NCBI GenBank assembly: GCA_048887225.1
Contig: JBHLJY010000007.1
Location: forward strand, 32,001 to 96,000
DNA from: Candidatus Hodarchaeota archaeon
Lineage (GTDB): Archaea > Asgardarchaeota > Lokiarchaeia > Sigyniarchaeales > SOKP01
Length of the DNA: 64,000 bases
Direction of reading: 5' to 3'
This document shows positions 28,767 through 38,725 of the stretch, in pieces (positions within the stretch are counted from its first letter, which is position 1; every line of letters begins with the position of its first letter). The translations under genes were made by a program, and so were the position numbers. The notes below the pieces were generated by a model that worked only from the letters and a program-made list of their open reading frames with translations, searched no databases and was not told where the DNA came from.

Positions 28767-29208
28767 GGACAATAGAAGATATGCAATGGTTAAAAAACGT
28801 AAACACAGTCTGAGCTGTTGAGCTGTATTACGAATATTTTTAATCGGTTCTTAATTCTCGACAATTTTTTATTAATAACCTTAGCACATATTAACAGAAA
28901 AAATACTTATATATTCCTTTATTACTCTTGTACAAAAGTACATTTTAATAAAGAATTACACAAAATTAACTAAATACGTTCCTTATAACTTTAAAGATTA
29001 GAGACAAAGCAACTTTTCTACTTTGATCTCTTGTCGATTTAAATAGTTATTTCTAATACCCGAGACAATTAAACCATAAAAATCGTTCTTATGAAAAAAC
29101 AAAAATAGAAGCTTTGATTTCGTAGGATAATTGTCAGATCTTAAAAAAATAACGATCTAAATTCCTTCGAAACAATAATTCTTTAAATTATCGGAGCTTC
29201 TATTGTCC
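28767..29208 (-). ncRNA. Candidate large structured non-coding RNA of unknown family (~442 nt)
   Basis: Perfect 12-bp terminal inverted repeat plus at least 8 nested helices; most mismatches become G-U pairs on the minus strand; T7 tract just downstream on the minus strand. Confidence 0.6.
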
Positions 29209-30041
29209 TCTTTTTTTCTCCTTTTTAAAAGATTATTAAATATATTTAAATCCGTTTCATAATCAATATCGTGAAAATTGATTTTTTTTTCTATTTCCAT
29301 GGCAATTATTTCACTTCCATTTCTTATCATATGATTTATAATTTCTCTAATTGTATTTACCGAAAATTTATTCTCAAATTTTTTAATCCGTTTAATAAAA
29401 TCAAACGAAAATATAAAAACAGGTATTATTTGTTTTATAAAATCTGAATCAGAAAAGTCCTGTAATTTATATTTTTTAATTTGTCTTATAAAGCATTTAG
29501 AGTCTTTCTTCTCTATATCAGCGATTGAAATTGTTTTAGATTCTTGTTGTTCTTTTAGAGCGCTAATTATCATTTCTCTGTAAAAGATTAAAGGATATTT
29601 TTGAATGAGATTAAAATTATTAACAATAATGCTAAAAATTTGATTTAGTAGATTAAATTGAAAAATTGTGTCTCCAGGAATCACAATATATATAGAATTT
29701 CTCTTAAATACATTTTTACTTGTAGTAATGGTTAAAAATGAATATAAGGGTCCTAATTTATATTGATTGCCAGAATCTATTATTATCAGTTTTTCTTCAA
29801 AATTAGAATTATAATTCTTTATTGAGGAAACACATTCATCAATCTTCATTCCCAAATGGCCTTTTACTATAGCGATTCGATGAATTCCTAATTCAATTAA
29901 ACTAGAAATCGTATGCTCTAAAATTGAAATATTATTTAATTCTTTAATTTTTATCAATGGTTTTGGGATGTTCTTGGTAATTTCTTTAAGTCTGATTCCT
30001 TCTCCAGCACATAGAATTATTGCTATAATTTTATTTTTCAA
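29157..30041 (-). CDS. NTP-transferase family protein (divergent)
   Basis: IILCAGEGIRL...IPKPLI, PGD, DID; the last ~17 codons overlap the structured element. Confidence 0.75.
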   Translation of the reverse strand: MKNKIIAIILCAGEGIRLKEITKNIPKPLIKIKELNNISILEHTISSLIELGIHRIAIVKGHLGMKIDECVSSIKNYNSNFEEKLIIIDSGNQYKLGPLYSFLTITTSKNVFKRNSIYIVIPGDTIFQFNLLNQIFSIIVNNFNLIQKYPLIFYREMIISALKEQQESKTISIADIEKKDSKCFIRQIKKYKLQDFSDSDFIKQIIPVFIFSFDFIKRIKKFENKFSVNTIREIINHMIRNGSEIIAMEIEKKINFHDIDYETDLNIFNNLLKRRKKEDNRSSDNLKNYCFEGI

Positions 30042-30043
30042 AA

Positions 30044-30961
30044 CTATTCTCTCGTCGTGACTATAGTTTTGCCGTCCAAATCAATTACAATAGTGTGTTC
30101 TTCTTGAGCTACAGGAGCTCCAGTTCTTTCCACTAAAATTGGATAATGATCAAGTATTTTTTTTCTTAGAAATGAATCTATTATTCTATTAATTTTAGTT
30201 TTAGGGATGAGATTATGATTTTCGAGGAAACGAGGTGAGAATGGAAGATGTTTACAGTATTTCTCAATATTATTCATAAATCCTTGTTCTTCGTAAGGTA
30301 TATTTTTCTTAATTTTTTTAACAAATCGATAAATGTAAGAGCGTTGTCCATTGTCAACTCTTCCTACTCCAGAAGTTGCGAATGGTTCACACGCATAGGC
30401 ATCGCCAGGCTTTAAAACTTGATTATGAATTTTTTCTTTGTAATTTGGGATAAATGGTCCTGCGTGTAAAATGTATTGCTTTAATTCATGACCCCCTAAA
30501 TTTACAATTGGTCTTAAACCATGAGCGATAATTCTATTTGCAATAGCTTCACCCATTTCATATAATTTGATACCCGGCTTAAAAATCTCAATCGCAGCTT
30601 CAAGACCTTCTTTTGCTGCATCGACATAATTTTGAAGTTCAGGGTCATTATCAATATTAATTGTAAAAGCCGAATCCGCTATATACCCATTAAAGTGAGC
30701 CCCAATATCGATTTTTAATAAACCATTCTCGGGAACGACCGTATTATCATCTATAGGAGGGCTATAGTGAGCAGCAATTTCATTTAAAGAGATATTTATG
30801 GGAAAAGCCAATTCACATCCATTATTTAATATCTTAGCCTCACATCTATTGGCAATTTCTAAAAATGAGGCACCTGATTTTGCAATTTCACGAGCTAGCT
30901 TTTTAGCAGCGATTACAGCTTTTCCAGCTTTTATATAATCTTGGAGATAATCTTCACTCAT
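30044..30961 (-). CDS. map: Methionine aminopeptidase type II
   Basis: AFPINIS...AAHYSP, KIDIGAH..GYIADSA, NLGGH, EPFAT, AQEEHT. Confidence 0.95.
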   Translation of the reverse strand: MSEDYLQDYIKAGKAVIAAKKLAREIAKSGASFLEIANRCEAKILNNGCELAFPINISLNEIAAHYSPPIDDNTVVPENGLLKIDIGAHFNGYIADSAFTINIDNDPELQNYVDAAKEGLEAAIEIFKPGIKLYEMGEAIANRIIAHGLRPIVNLGGHELKQYILHAGPFIPNYKEKIHNQVLKPGDAYACEPFATSGVGRVDNGQRSYIYRFVKKIKKNIPYEEQGFMNNIEKYCKHLPFSPRFLENHNLIPKTKINRIIDSFLRKKILDHYPILVERTGAPVAQEEHTIVIDLDGKTIVTTRE

Positions 30962-30993
30962 TTTTGAATAAATATTAAAGTAATTAAAATGGA

Positions 30994-32325
30994 TTAAGGA
31001 GTTAATCTATCTGGAGTTCGCGGATACATCACGCTTTCTCTGATATCTTCCAATCCACACAAAAATGTGACCCATCTTGCTATACCAAGACCAAAACCAG
31101 CGTGAGGTGGCATACCAAAATCAAATGTTCGAAGATGCGACTCAAATGAAGCAGAATTTAGCCCCTTTGCTTCAAGCGTCGCAGTTAATTGTGCTTTATT
31201 ATGAACCCTTGTCCCACCTGACGTTAATTCTAACCATCCCATTTGTAGATCGAATGATTCACTATATTTTGGGTCTTTTGATGGCATAATGTAAAATGGT
31301 TTAATTGACATGGGCCAATGAGTGATGTAATAATATCCTGTTAATTCTTCTCCTAATTTTCGATAAGCTTCTGTCGAAATATCCTCACCCCATTCAATTT
31401 CTATTCTAAATTTAGTATTTATTAATTCCAAAATCTCGTCGTAAGTATATCGAGGGAAAGGAATTTCTGGTACTGTTGTCTTGTTTTCCATTTTTAAAAA
31501 CTTTAACGCATCCATTTTATTCTTTCTAATATCTTTGATAACATTATGAATTAATTCTTCTAAAATCTTGAGGATATCACTCATATCTGCAAAGGCCATT
31601 TCGATATCTAGGACAAAAATCTCACATAAATGCCTTTTTGTACGACTCTTCTCAGCTCTGAAACATGGGCTAATTTCAAAAACACGTTCATATACACCAC
31701 TTAATTGTTCTTTATATAATTGGGCTGACTGTGTTAAAAAGGCTTCTCTCTCAAAATACATAATCGGAAATAATTCAGTCCCTCCTTCTGTTGCTGATCC
31801 GATAATTTTCGGTGTTGTCATTTCTGTAAAATCGTTTGCAAATAGAAATTTTCGAATAGCTCTTAGTAATTCTCCTCTTATTTCAAAAATTGCCTGATTT
31901 CTTAGAGATCTCAAATCTAAAGCTCTATTATTTAGTCTAAGATCCAATTCTGAAAGAGTCTCTCCAGTCATATCTATTGGTAGCTTTTCTGGAGTTTTAT
32001 TAAGAATTTTTATCTCAATGGGAATAATTTCAATACGACCAGGAGCTTTATCAAAAGCTTTTACTTTTCCTTTTACCATAATACAATATTGATACCCTAA
32101 TTTAGCTTTTTCAAAAACTTCGTTGGAAACGATACCTTTTTTTAAGGTTATTTGTCGCTCGCCATATTTGTCTTGAAGGTTTATAAACTTTAAACCTCCA
32201 AGATCTCTATAATTGCGAACCCAGCCGCCAAGTATCACTTCTTGATCAACTAATTCAGGAGTAACATCTTTTGTATAATGTGTTTTTCTCCATTCACCAA
32301 TTTCATCTAGCATATTTTGTGGCAA
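30994..32325 (-). CDS. aspS: Aspartyl-tRNA synthetase, archaeal type
   Basis: OB-fold GWVR..RDLGG, ATEGGTELF, QSAQLYK, FRAEKS, GMPPHAGFGLG, PRTPDRLTP. Confidence 0.95.
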   Translation of the reverse strand: MPQNMLDEIGEWRKTHYTKDVTPELVDQEVILGGWVRNYRDLGGLKFINLQDKYGERQITLKKGIVSNEVFEKAKLGYQYCIMVKGKVKAFDKAPGRIEIIPIEIKILNKTPEKLPIDMTGETLSELDLRLNNRALDLRSLRNQAIFEIRGELLRAIRKFLFANDFTEMTTPKIIGSATEGGTELFPIMYFEREAFLTQSAQLYKEQLSGVYERVFEISPCFRAEKSRTKRHLCEIFVLDIEMAFADMSDILKILEELIHNVIKDIRKNKMDALKFLKMENKTTVPEIPFPRYTYDEILELINTKFRIEIEWGEDISTEAYRKLGEELTGYYYITHWPMSIKPFYIMPSKDPKYSESFDLQMGWLELTSGGTRVHNKAQLTATLEAKGLNSASFESHLRTFDFGMPPHAGFGLGIARWVTFLCGLEDIRESVMYPRTPDRLTP

Positions 32326-32400
32326 ACAATAATTTTTTTTAAAAATTAAAATTTGAAATGTAGAATAACAATAAAATTTTTTGTCTTCTTATTCTAAATT

Positions 32401-33912
32401 ATGGTAAATTTAAATTGGAAAGGGAAACCTGAAAATAAAAGAATTTCGTCAGAAAATCAAAAAGAGTTTCCTTTTCAAATTATAGAAATTCATCACCTCA
32501 TTCAACAACAGATAGTAAATAGAAAATTTAATAAAAGTTGGGAAAATCTCTTGATCTGGGGTGATAATCTTCCTATTATGTCGCATTTATTAAAAGATTT
32601 TAAAGGAAAAATAAATCTCATTTATATTGATCCCCCTTTTTATACAGGAGGGGATTTTAATTATAAAATTCAAATAGGAGAGAAAGAGATTTCTAAAAAA
32701 TCGAAACATTGGATAAGAATAAAAGCGTATAGTGATTGTTGGAAAAACGGCCTCGAGTCTTATCTTAATTTCATTTACGAAAGATTACTTTTAATGAAAG
32801 AATTATTAGCACATAATGGTTCAATTTACATTCATTTAGACTGGCACGTATCTCATTACGTTAAAATTATGCTTGATGAGATATTTGGAATTGAAAATTT
32901 TAGAAATGAAATCATTTGGGCGTATCCTGCAGCATCTGTACAAACAAGAAGATTTTTTATGCGATCATTTGATATCTTACTATTTTATTCAAAATCAGAT
33001 GATTATATTTTCAACGACGATCCAAATATCTATATGGAGTATTCTGATCGCGTTAAAATGGCATTAAAAGAAGATAATAAAGGGATTTATTATTATCGTG
33101 GTGGTAGTCACAATGGCAAAAAATTATCACGAAAAGTATACATTAAAAATCAAGGAATTTTTCCAAGAGATGTATGGAATGATATTCCTTATGTGAGAGC
33201 CAATACTTTAGAATATCAAGGTTTTTCAACTCAAAAACCAGAACGCCTTTTAAAACGGATTATTTTAGCATCTACTAATGAGAATAATTTAGTAGCAGAT
33301 TTTTTTTGTGGATCTGGAACGACTTTAACTGTTGCGGAGAAGCTAGGAAGGCGATGGATCGGCTCTGATTTAAGTCAACAAGCAATTCATATGACCAGAA
33401 AAAGACTGCTCGATATCCATAATAGCAACGATATTTATAAATGGAACGAGAACTTTAATAAAAAGCCTCAATATTTTAAAATTTTAAAGTTAATAGAAAT
33501 TGTTGATGAGCCAATTATTCCAATTGATTTTTTAACAGAAAACGCCAAAGAAATAGATTTTTTAAAAATGGCGGGAAATATCACATTTAATATTAAAATT
33601 AAAAAAAAAGAAAAAAAGATATTAATAGTATTATGTAATTACACTATTCCTTTTATAAATTTCATCTCTGAAAATGTTAAACAATTTATATCATCATTCT
33701 CAGATTGGATCGATTATTGGTCAATAGATTTTAATTTTCAAGATAATAGTTTTAATAATATGTGGGCCTCTTATAGAACTCCAAAAAAAAGAAGACTGTC
33801 TCTTATCGCGTCATTTAATTATAAAAAACCTGGAGATTATCAAATATTAGTAAAAGTTATTGACATTTTTGGAATAGAAACAATTCAAAGTTATACTGTA
33901 AAAATTATTTAA
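32401..33912 (+). CDS. Adenine DNA methyltransferase (beta class, type III Mod-like), orphan
   Basis: LIWGDNL, IYIDPPF, TQKPERLL, DFFCGSGTT, C-term DWIDYWSIDF...VKVIDIFG. Confidence 0.9.
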   Translation: MVNLNWKGKPENKRISSENQKEFPFQIIEIHHLIQQQIVNRKFNKSWENLLIWGDNLPIMSHLLKDFKGKINLIYIDPPFYTGGDFNYKIQIGEKEISKKSKHWIRIKAYSDCWKNGLESYLNFIYERLLLMKELLAHNGSIYIHLDWHVSHYVKIMLDEIFGIENFRNEIIWAYPAASVQTRRFFMRSFDILLFYSKSDDYIFNDDPNIYMEYSDRVKMALKEDNKGIYYYRGGSHNGKKLSRKVYIKNQGIFPRDVWNDIPYVRANTLEYQGFSTQKPERLLKRIILASTNENNLVADFFCGSGTTLTVAEKLGRRWIGSDLSQQAIHMTRKRLLDIHNSNDIYKWNENFNKKPQYFKILKLIEIVDEPIIPIDFLTENAKEIDFLKMAGNITFNIKIKKKEKKILIVLCNYTIPFINFISENVKQFISSFSDWIDYWSIDFNFQDNSFNNMWASYRTPKKRRLSLIASFNYKKPGDYQILVKVIDIFGIETIQSYTVKII

Positions 33913-33916
33913 TTAT

Positions 33917-35275
33917 TTATTTCATTAATTCTCTAAGAAGCATTGTAGCATAGGATCCTTTTGGGAGTGAAAATTCAATTTTTATTTTTTTTTTACCTGG
34001 AAAAAGATCATCATCGTTTAGTTCAACGATATTTAATCCAGTAGGTTTGGCAATCATAGCTCTAAATGAACCTTTAAATCCAAACTCATATAATAAATCG
34101 CTTTTGTAAATGTTCTTATCAATATGTTCTTCTTTAATGATTACTTCAAAAAGATTTTTCATAAGGAGAAAGTGATCTAAATTAGTGTTATATCCTACAA
34201 TAGGAACAACTATCGTAGCCCTATTGACTTTTATTGCTTCGTCCAAATATTCATCATAAAGCCCCCCAAGCCTACCATATATATATTTTATTTGAGTAAC
34301 ATTTCCATTATCATCATCTAAAATACTAATAGTATCTCCTTTAACCGGTTTTAAGGGTATTCCCATTTTGACTCGTAGAGAAATCATTTTATTAAAAATG
34401 TAAGATTGAAACGAGCTAATTAATAAATTTTTTAAGTCTGGAGGGATTGCATTAAAGCAACCTTTATAATCTCCAGGAAAGTCTATTAAATGTTTAATCA
34501 TAGACCTTTCATAAGAGAGGCTTTTTGGAAAGGTTTCATAAATCTTTTCAAGGTCAATATTATTCTTTACATTACTACGAATAGACTGCAATTGAGGACT
34601 TTCGGAAGAGTATTTCACTGAAACAAACTCATCGAACGCTTTTTCAAAATTTCCTTCTAACAAATACCTTCCTATTTTATGAGAATTAGGTCTATACTTT
34701 CCGAATCTTTGAAGTCCAAAATAATTTGGGAATCCTTGCTTTTCTAAAAGTTCAATTAAATAATCAATATTTTTCTCTAAATTCTCTTTATTATCAATAT
34801 TTCTTATTACTATTGTAAAATTATTACCCCAATTAACTCCTAATTTTACTGGCTTTTTGGTTGGTTCAATACATCTAAAAAACAAATCCCTTATCTTTAA
34901 TCTTTTTAATTGTTCAATAAAATTTCCTCTAATAGAAAGCTTTTGAACGCTAATTGAACATTTATCTTTTAATCCAGAATAATATACAAAATTCGGTGAG
35001 ATCTTTAAAGCTTGACTAATTTCATTTATAGCTTCAAAAGTGTCTTTATTAATCTTAATCAAATTAAATGTGGTATATTTATCTTTTGAATCTTCTAAAA
35101 AAGGTGTATAGGTGAAATCGTCTTTAATTTCGAGGATTTTCCCTTTAGTGGTTATTTCTTTTACTATAAAATCTTTATAAGTGTTTTTGTATACGCCACC
35201 AATGCCACCTATTTCTGCTGTGCTGTATATCTCAATTCCTACAAATTTTTCAACATCCGTGTTGTTATTCTTTAT
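33917..35275 (-). CDS. truD: tRNA pseudouridine(13) synthase TruD; N-terminus extends 71 codons beyond the ORF-track start
   Basis: Extension encodes VGIEIY...GIGGVYK...DFIVKE; core [34 protein letters not shown]; probable ATA start at 35275. Confidence 0.93.
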   Translation of the reverse strand: MKNNNTDVEKFVGIEIYSTAEIGGIGGVYKNTYKDFIVKEITTKGKILEIKDDFTYTPFLEDSKDKYTTFNLIKINKDTFEAINEISQALKISPNFVYYSGLKDKCSISVQKLSIRGNFIEQLKRLKIRDLFFRCIEPTKKPVKLGVNWGNNFTIVIRNIDNKENLEKNIDYLIELLEKQGFPNYFGLQRFGKYRPNSHKIGRYLLEGNFEKAFDEFVSVKYSSESPQLQSIRSNVKNNIDLEKIYETFPKSLSYERSMIKHLIDFPGDYKGCFNAIPPDLKNLLISSFQSYIFNKMISLRVKMGIPLKPVKGDTISILDDDNGNVTQIKYIYGRLGGLYDEYLDEAIKVNRATIVVPIVGYNTNLDHFLLMKNLFEVIIKEEHIDKNIYKSDLLYEFGFKGSFRAMIAKPTGLNIVELNDDDLFPGKKKIKIEFSLPKGSYATMLLRELMK

Positions 35276-35628
35276 AATAATTGCAAATCTCCCGTTATTT
35301 TATCAATTTCAGTTGATAAAGCAGGACCTATCCCCAAAGCAGTCATAGTACCAGGATCTAATTGAGTTAAACCTGCATCCTTAACAAGAAAACATGGAAT
35401 TCTATTTTTAAGTACCTTCTTATATATTTCATTAATTTCTTCCATACTACTAACCTTTAATATAACTTTTTTTTGTCCTGAATTTTTCCATTTTTTCCAT
35501 TCTTTTTTAGTTTTTACTCTTGCTAAATCGGAGGCAGAAACACTAGCATGACATGCTTGAGCACATTTCTTCCCAGCACTCATCTTTAAATCTATTCTAA
35601 TTAAAATAACTTGTTTAAATTTATACAT
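35272..35628 (-). CDS. pth2: Peptidyl-tRNA hydrolase Pth2
   Basis: [41 protein letters not shown]. Confidence 0.95.
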   Translation of the reverse strand: MYKFKQVILIRIDLKMSAGKKCAQACHASVSASDLARVKTKKEWKKWKNSGQKKVILKVSSMEEINEIYKKVLKNRIPCFLVKDAGLTQLDPGTMTALGIGPALSTEIDKITGDLQLL

Positions 35629-35669
35629 AGACGAATACCAAGGTTATTCTTAGGAAATTATTTTATCGA

Positions 35670-36185
35670 TTATAAGTATTCAATCCTTGTAGTATTTCCA
35701 GTCAATTCATAAATTAATTCTTCAAGCTCGTTACTGGTGAATAGTATATTATTTTTGTCCGATTTACGAATTACAGCTTTGAATTCTATATCCCCAGTAG
35801 CAAGGAAAATTTCATTTAAAGAAACTAGTTTGCTTGGAGCAATTAAACTTTCAACCACGGGTCTAGGTTTGTTAGTCTTCTCGATTAAAATTATCTTGTC
35901 GATCTTATATGATTCTCTTATCCATTCCATTAATTCTTTAGTAAATTTTAATTTATCTTTATATCCGACTTCAAGGATGACGACATCCTCATAATCTATT
36001 GCCTTATAAAAAGATACCTCTTTTAAGAAGCCAAATTGTTCGTGATCATTTTCCTCCAGCTCAACCAAATCTTTTGCTAAATCTAATTCGAATTCTGTCA
36101 ATTTTCCTGTATCTAATCTTTTTTGACAGCTATTACATAAAAATCCTGAATTAACGCAAGTAAGACAGGCTGGAAGAACTTTCAT
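35670..36185 (-). CDS. Archaeal NusA-like protein with N-terminal Cys4 zinc site
   Basis: LPACLTCVNSGFLCNSC followed by a KH-like region. Confidence 0.7.
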   Translation of the reverse strand: MKVLPACLTCVNSGFLCNSCQKRLDTGKLTEFELDLAKDLVELEENDHEQFGFLKEVSFYKAIDYEDVVILEVGYKDKLKFTKELMEWIRESYKIDKIILIEKTNKPRPVVESLIAPSKLVSLNEIFLATGDIEFKAVIRKSDKNNILFTSNELEELIYELTGNTTRIEYL

Positions 36186-36210
36186 TACCTAATTGAATAC
36201 TTATTTTTTT

Positions 36211-36405
36211 TTATAATTCAATTATATCGCAACTAATTTGCTTAATTAGTCGTTCAGCTGAGCTTGGGTCAGTTTTGAATGTATAAAGTATTTTTTTTGT
36301 GCGAAGTTTCAATTTAACTACATCTTTTATTCGTTTTACCCGACAGTGGAAAGCGTTCTCAGCTAACTCAAGGAATTTTTCTTCGTCAAATATTTCTCTT
36401 GGCAA
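36211..36405 (-). CDS. rpl38e: 50S ribosomal protein L38e
   Basis: MPREI...FL..A...RVKR....VKLKLRTKKILYT. Confidence 0.9.
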   Translation of the reverse strand: MPREIFDEEKFLELAENAFHCRVKRIKDVVKLKLRTKKILYTFKTDPSSAERLIKQISCDIIEL

Positions 36406-36609
36406 ACCTAATTACACTATAACAAAATCAATTATTTATTAAATCAATTATTTATTTTCTATACTTAATAAAATTTTAATTTTTTTATTACATAAAACAA
36501 CCATCTAGCCATAAAACTTATTTGAAATCTCTTTTTTTACAAATCATTCATATTTATTTATTATCAAGACAATTTTAGTGGAAAAAAAAGAAATATAAAT
36601 TGATTTAAT

Positions 36610-36774
36610 ATGAGCCCGCTTGACGATCCAGTGAAGAGAAAAATAGCACAATACCATCTTTTATTAAAGAGTGTCTGCCGCAGATGCGGTGCTCTTAACC
36701 CACCAAGAGCTACTAAATGCCGACGTTGTCACGGTAAAGATTTACGTGAGAAAAAAAAAGATTTGCAAAAGTAA
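36610..36774 (+). CDS. rpl40e: 50S ribosomal protein L40e (54 aa; not in the ORF track)
   Basis: [54 protein letters not shown]. Confidence 0.95.
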   Translation: MSPLDDPVKRKIAQYHLLLKSVCRRCGALNPPRATKCRRCHGKDLREKKKDLQK

Positions 36775-36879
36775 CTCTTAATTTTCGTTTTAAAGATAAA
36801 ATTTTCGTAAACTTTTTTAATTTTATGACTTAGAGATCTATATAAAGAACTTAAATTATAAAAATAGAGTGAAATAAGT

Positions 36880-38568
36880 ATGGCACAATTAGGCGGACAA
36901 CCTATATTATTATTGAAGGAAGGCACTGAAAGAACTCGTGGGAAGGATGCTATGACGAATAATATCGCAGCAGCAAAAGCTATAGCAGAGGCAGTAAGAA
37001 CATCATTAGGGCCTAAAGGTATGGATAAAATGTTGGTAGATCAATTTGGTGATGTCGTAATCACTAATGATGGAGCTACAATCTTAAAAGAGATTGATGT
37101 ACAACATCCAGCGGCTAAAATGATGGTAGAGGTGGCAAAAACTCAAGATAGTGAAGTCGGAGATGGGACAACAACCTCTGTAGTTCTGGCAGGGGAATTA
37201 TTAAAGAGAGCAGAAAAGCTCATTTTGCAAAAAATCCATCCAACCGTAATAACAGAAGGATTTCGAAAAGCTGCTGAAAAATCTATTGAGATTCTTGATA
37301 AAATGTCAATAAAAAGCGGTATAGACGACGAAACGCAACTTAAAAACGCTGCAATGACCTGTATGTCTAGCAAAATTGTATCCGAATCAAGGGAACAATT
37401 AGCAGCAATTTGTATGGAAGCGATTAAATCAATTGCTGAAAAGGATGATAACGGAAATTGGGTAGCGGATATTGATAAGGTTCAAATTCAGAAAAAAGAA
37501 GGCGAGTCAATGGATGACACACGCCTCATTAAAGGTATCATTTTGGATAAAGAAGTAGTAAGCCCAAGCATGCCTAAATCTGTAAAAGATGCTAAAATCC
37601 TTTTACTACAAAGTGCTATTGAGATTGAGAAGACGGAATTTGATAGTAAGCTTCAAATAACCTCTCCAGAACAAATTCAGCAATTCTTAGACGAAGAGGA
37701 AAAAATGCTTCGAACTATGGTTGAAAAAATTATTAATTCTGGTGCGAATGTTGTTATTTGTCAGAAAGGAATAGATGATATGGCACAACATTTTCTATCT
37801 AAAGCTGGAATTATGGCAGTAAGACGGGTAAAAAAATCTGACCTTGAGAAACTGTCAAAAGCAACTGGTGGAATGATTTTTACGAATTTTGATGATGCAA
37901 CAGGAGATAAACTTGGATGGGCAGGATTGGTGGAAGAACGAAAAATTATGAAAGATAGTTGGATTTTTATTGAAGAATGTAAGGATCCTAAATCCGTAGT
38001 AATTTTAATCAGAGGAGGTACCGAACTTATAGTAGACGAAGTTGATAGGGCTATTCACGATGCATTATGCGTAATTCGGGATGTCGTAGAAGATCAAAAA
38101 ATTGTAGGCGGGGGAGGTGCTCCAGAACTAGAAACAGCAATTCAATTAAGAAAATTTGCATCAACTTTAGGTGGGCGGGAACAATTGGCTGTTGAAGTAT
38201 TTGCTGATAGTCTTGACATTGTACCAAAAACCTTAGCTGAAAACGCAGGGCTAGATCAAATCGAAATACTAATGAAATTGAGAGCAACTCATCAGCAAGG
38301 AAATAAATTTGCTGGTCACGATTTAGATACTGGTGAAATCATTAAAGACATGATGGAAGTTGGAGTTGTTGAGCCTACAGCTGTTAAAGTACAAGCAATT
38401 AAAAGCTCAGTTGAGGCTGCATCAATGATATTAAGTATTGATGATGTAATCGCAGGAGCCAAGAGTGCAATGCCCCCAATGCCTCCAGGAGGAGGAATGC
38501 CTCCAGGCATGGGAGGTATGGGAGGTATGCCTCCAGGTATGGGTGGGATGCCTCCAGACATGATGTAA
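36880..38568 (+). CDS. ths: Thermosome (group II chaperonin) subunit
   Basis: [34 protein letters not shown]-rich tail. Confidence 0.97.
   Translation: MAQLGGQPILLLKEGTERTRGKDAMTNNIAAAKAIAEAVRTSLGPKGMDKMLVDQFGDVVITNDGATILKEIDVQHPAAKMMVEVAKTQDSEVGDGTTTSVVLAGELLKRAEKLILQKIHPTVITEGFRKAAEKSIEILDKMSIKSGIDDETQLKNAAMTCMSSKIVSESREQLAAICMEAIKSIAEKDDNGNWVADIDKVQIQKKEGESMDDTRLIKGIILDKEVVSPSMPKSVKDAKILLLQSAIEIEKTEFDSKLQITSPEQIQQFLDEEEKMLRTMVEKIINSGANVVICQKGIDDMAQHFLSKAGIMAVRRVKKSDLEKLSKATGGMIFTNFDDATGDKLGWAGLVEERKIMKDSWIFIEECKDPKSVVILIRGGTELIVDEVDRAIHDALCVIRDVVEDQKIVGGGGAPELETAIQLRKFASTLGGREQLAVEVFADSLDIVPKTLAENAGLDQIEILMKLRATHQQGNKFAGHDLDTGEIIKDMMEVGVVEPTAVKVQAIKSSVEAASMILSIDDVIAGAKSAMPPMPPGGGMPPGMGGMGGMPPGMGGMPPDMM
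38470..38562 (+). repeat. Coding low-complexity repeat (ATGCCTCCAGG / ATGGGAGGT units) encoding the MPPGGM tail
   Basis: Repeated codon blocks at the thermosome 3' end. Confidence 0.8.
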
Positions 38569-38725
38569 GAATTTTTATTTTTTTTTCTATTATTTTTATT
38601 TCTTTATTGATACTACATTGGCTACTTTAAAATTTATTTTTCCTTTCTAATAGATTTGTTTTCAATTTCTTTTTCTTTTTCATTATAAATTAAACTTTTA
38701 ATTGGATTGTATCATTGTGAGTATT

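Noticed and set aside
28763-28813. 16-aa ORF MWTIEDMQWLKNVNTV on the plus strand
   Set aside because: Very short, no recognisable motif, and lies antisense within the structured element
28767-29208. Identification of the structured element as RNase P RNA, SRP RNA or a tRNA/rRNA
   Set aside because: No GAGGAAnnUCC or ACAnAAnnnnGCUUA conserved regions, no SRP helix-8 (GNRA loop with AGCAG) motif, and no cloverleaf on either strand
38470-38562. GC-rich tandem repeats
   Set aside because: Explained by the ordinary GGM/PPG tail of the chaperonin
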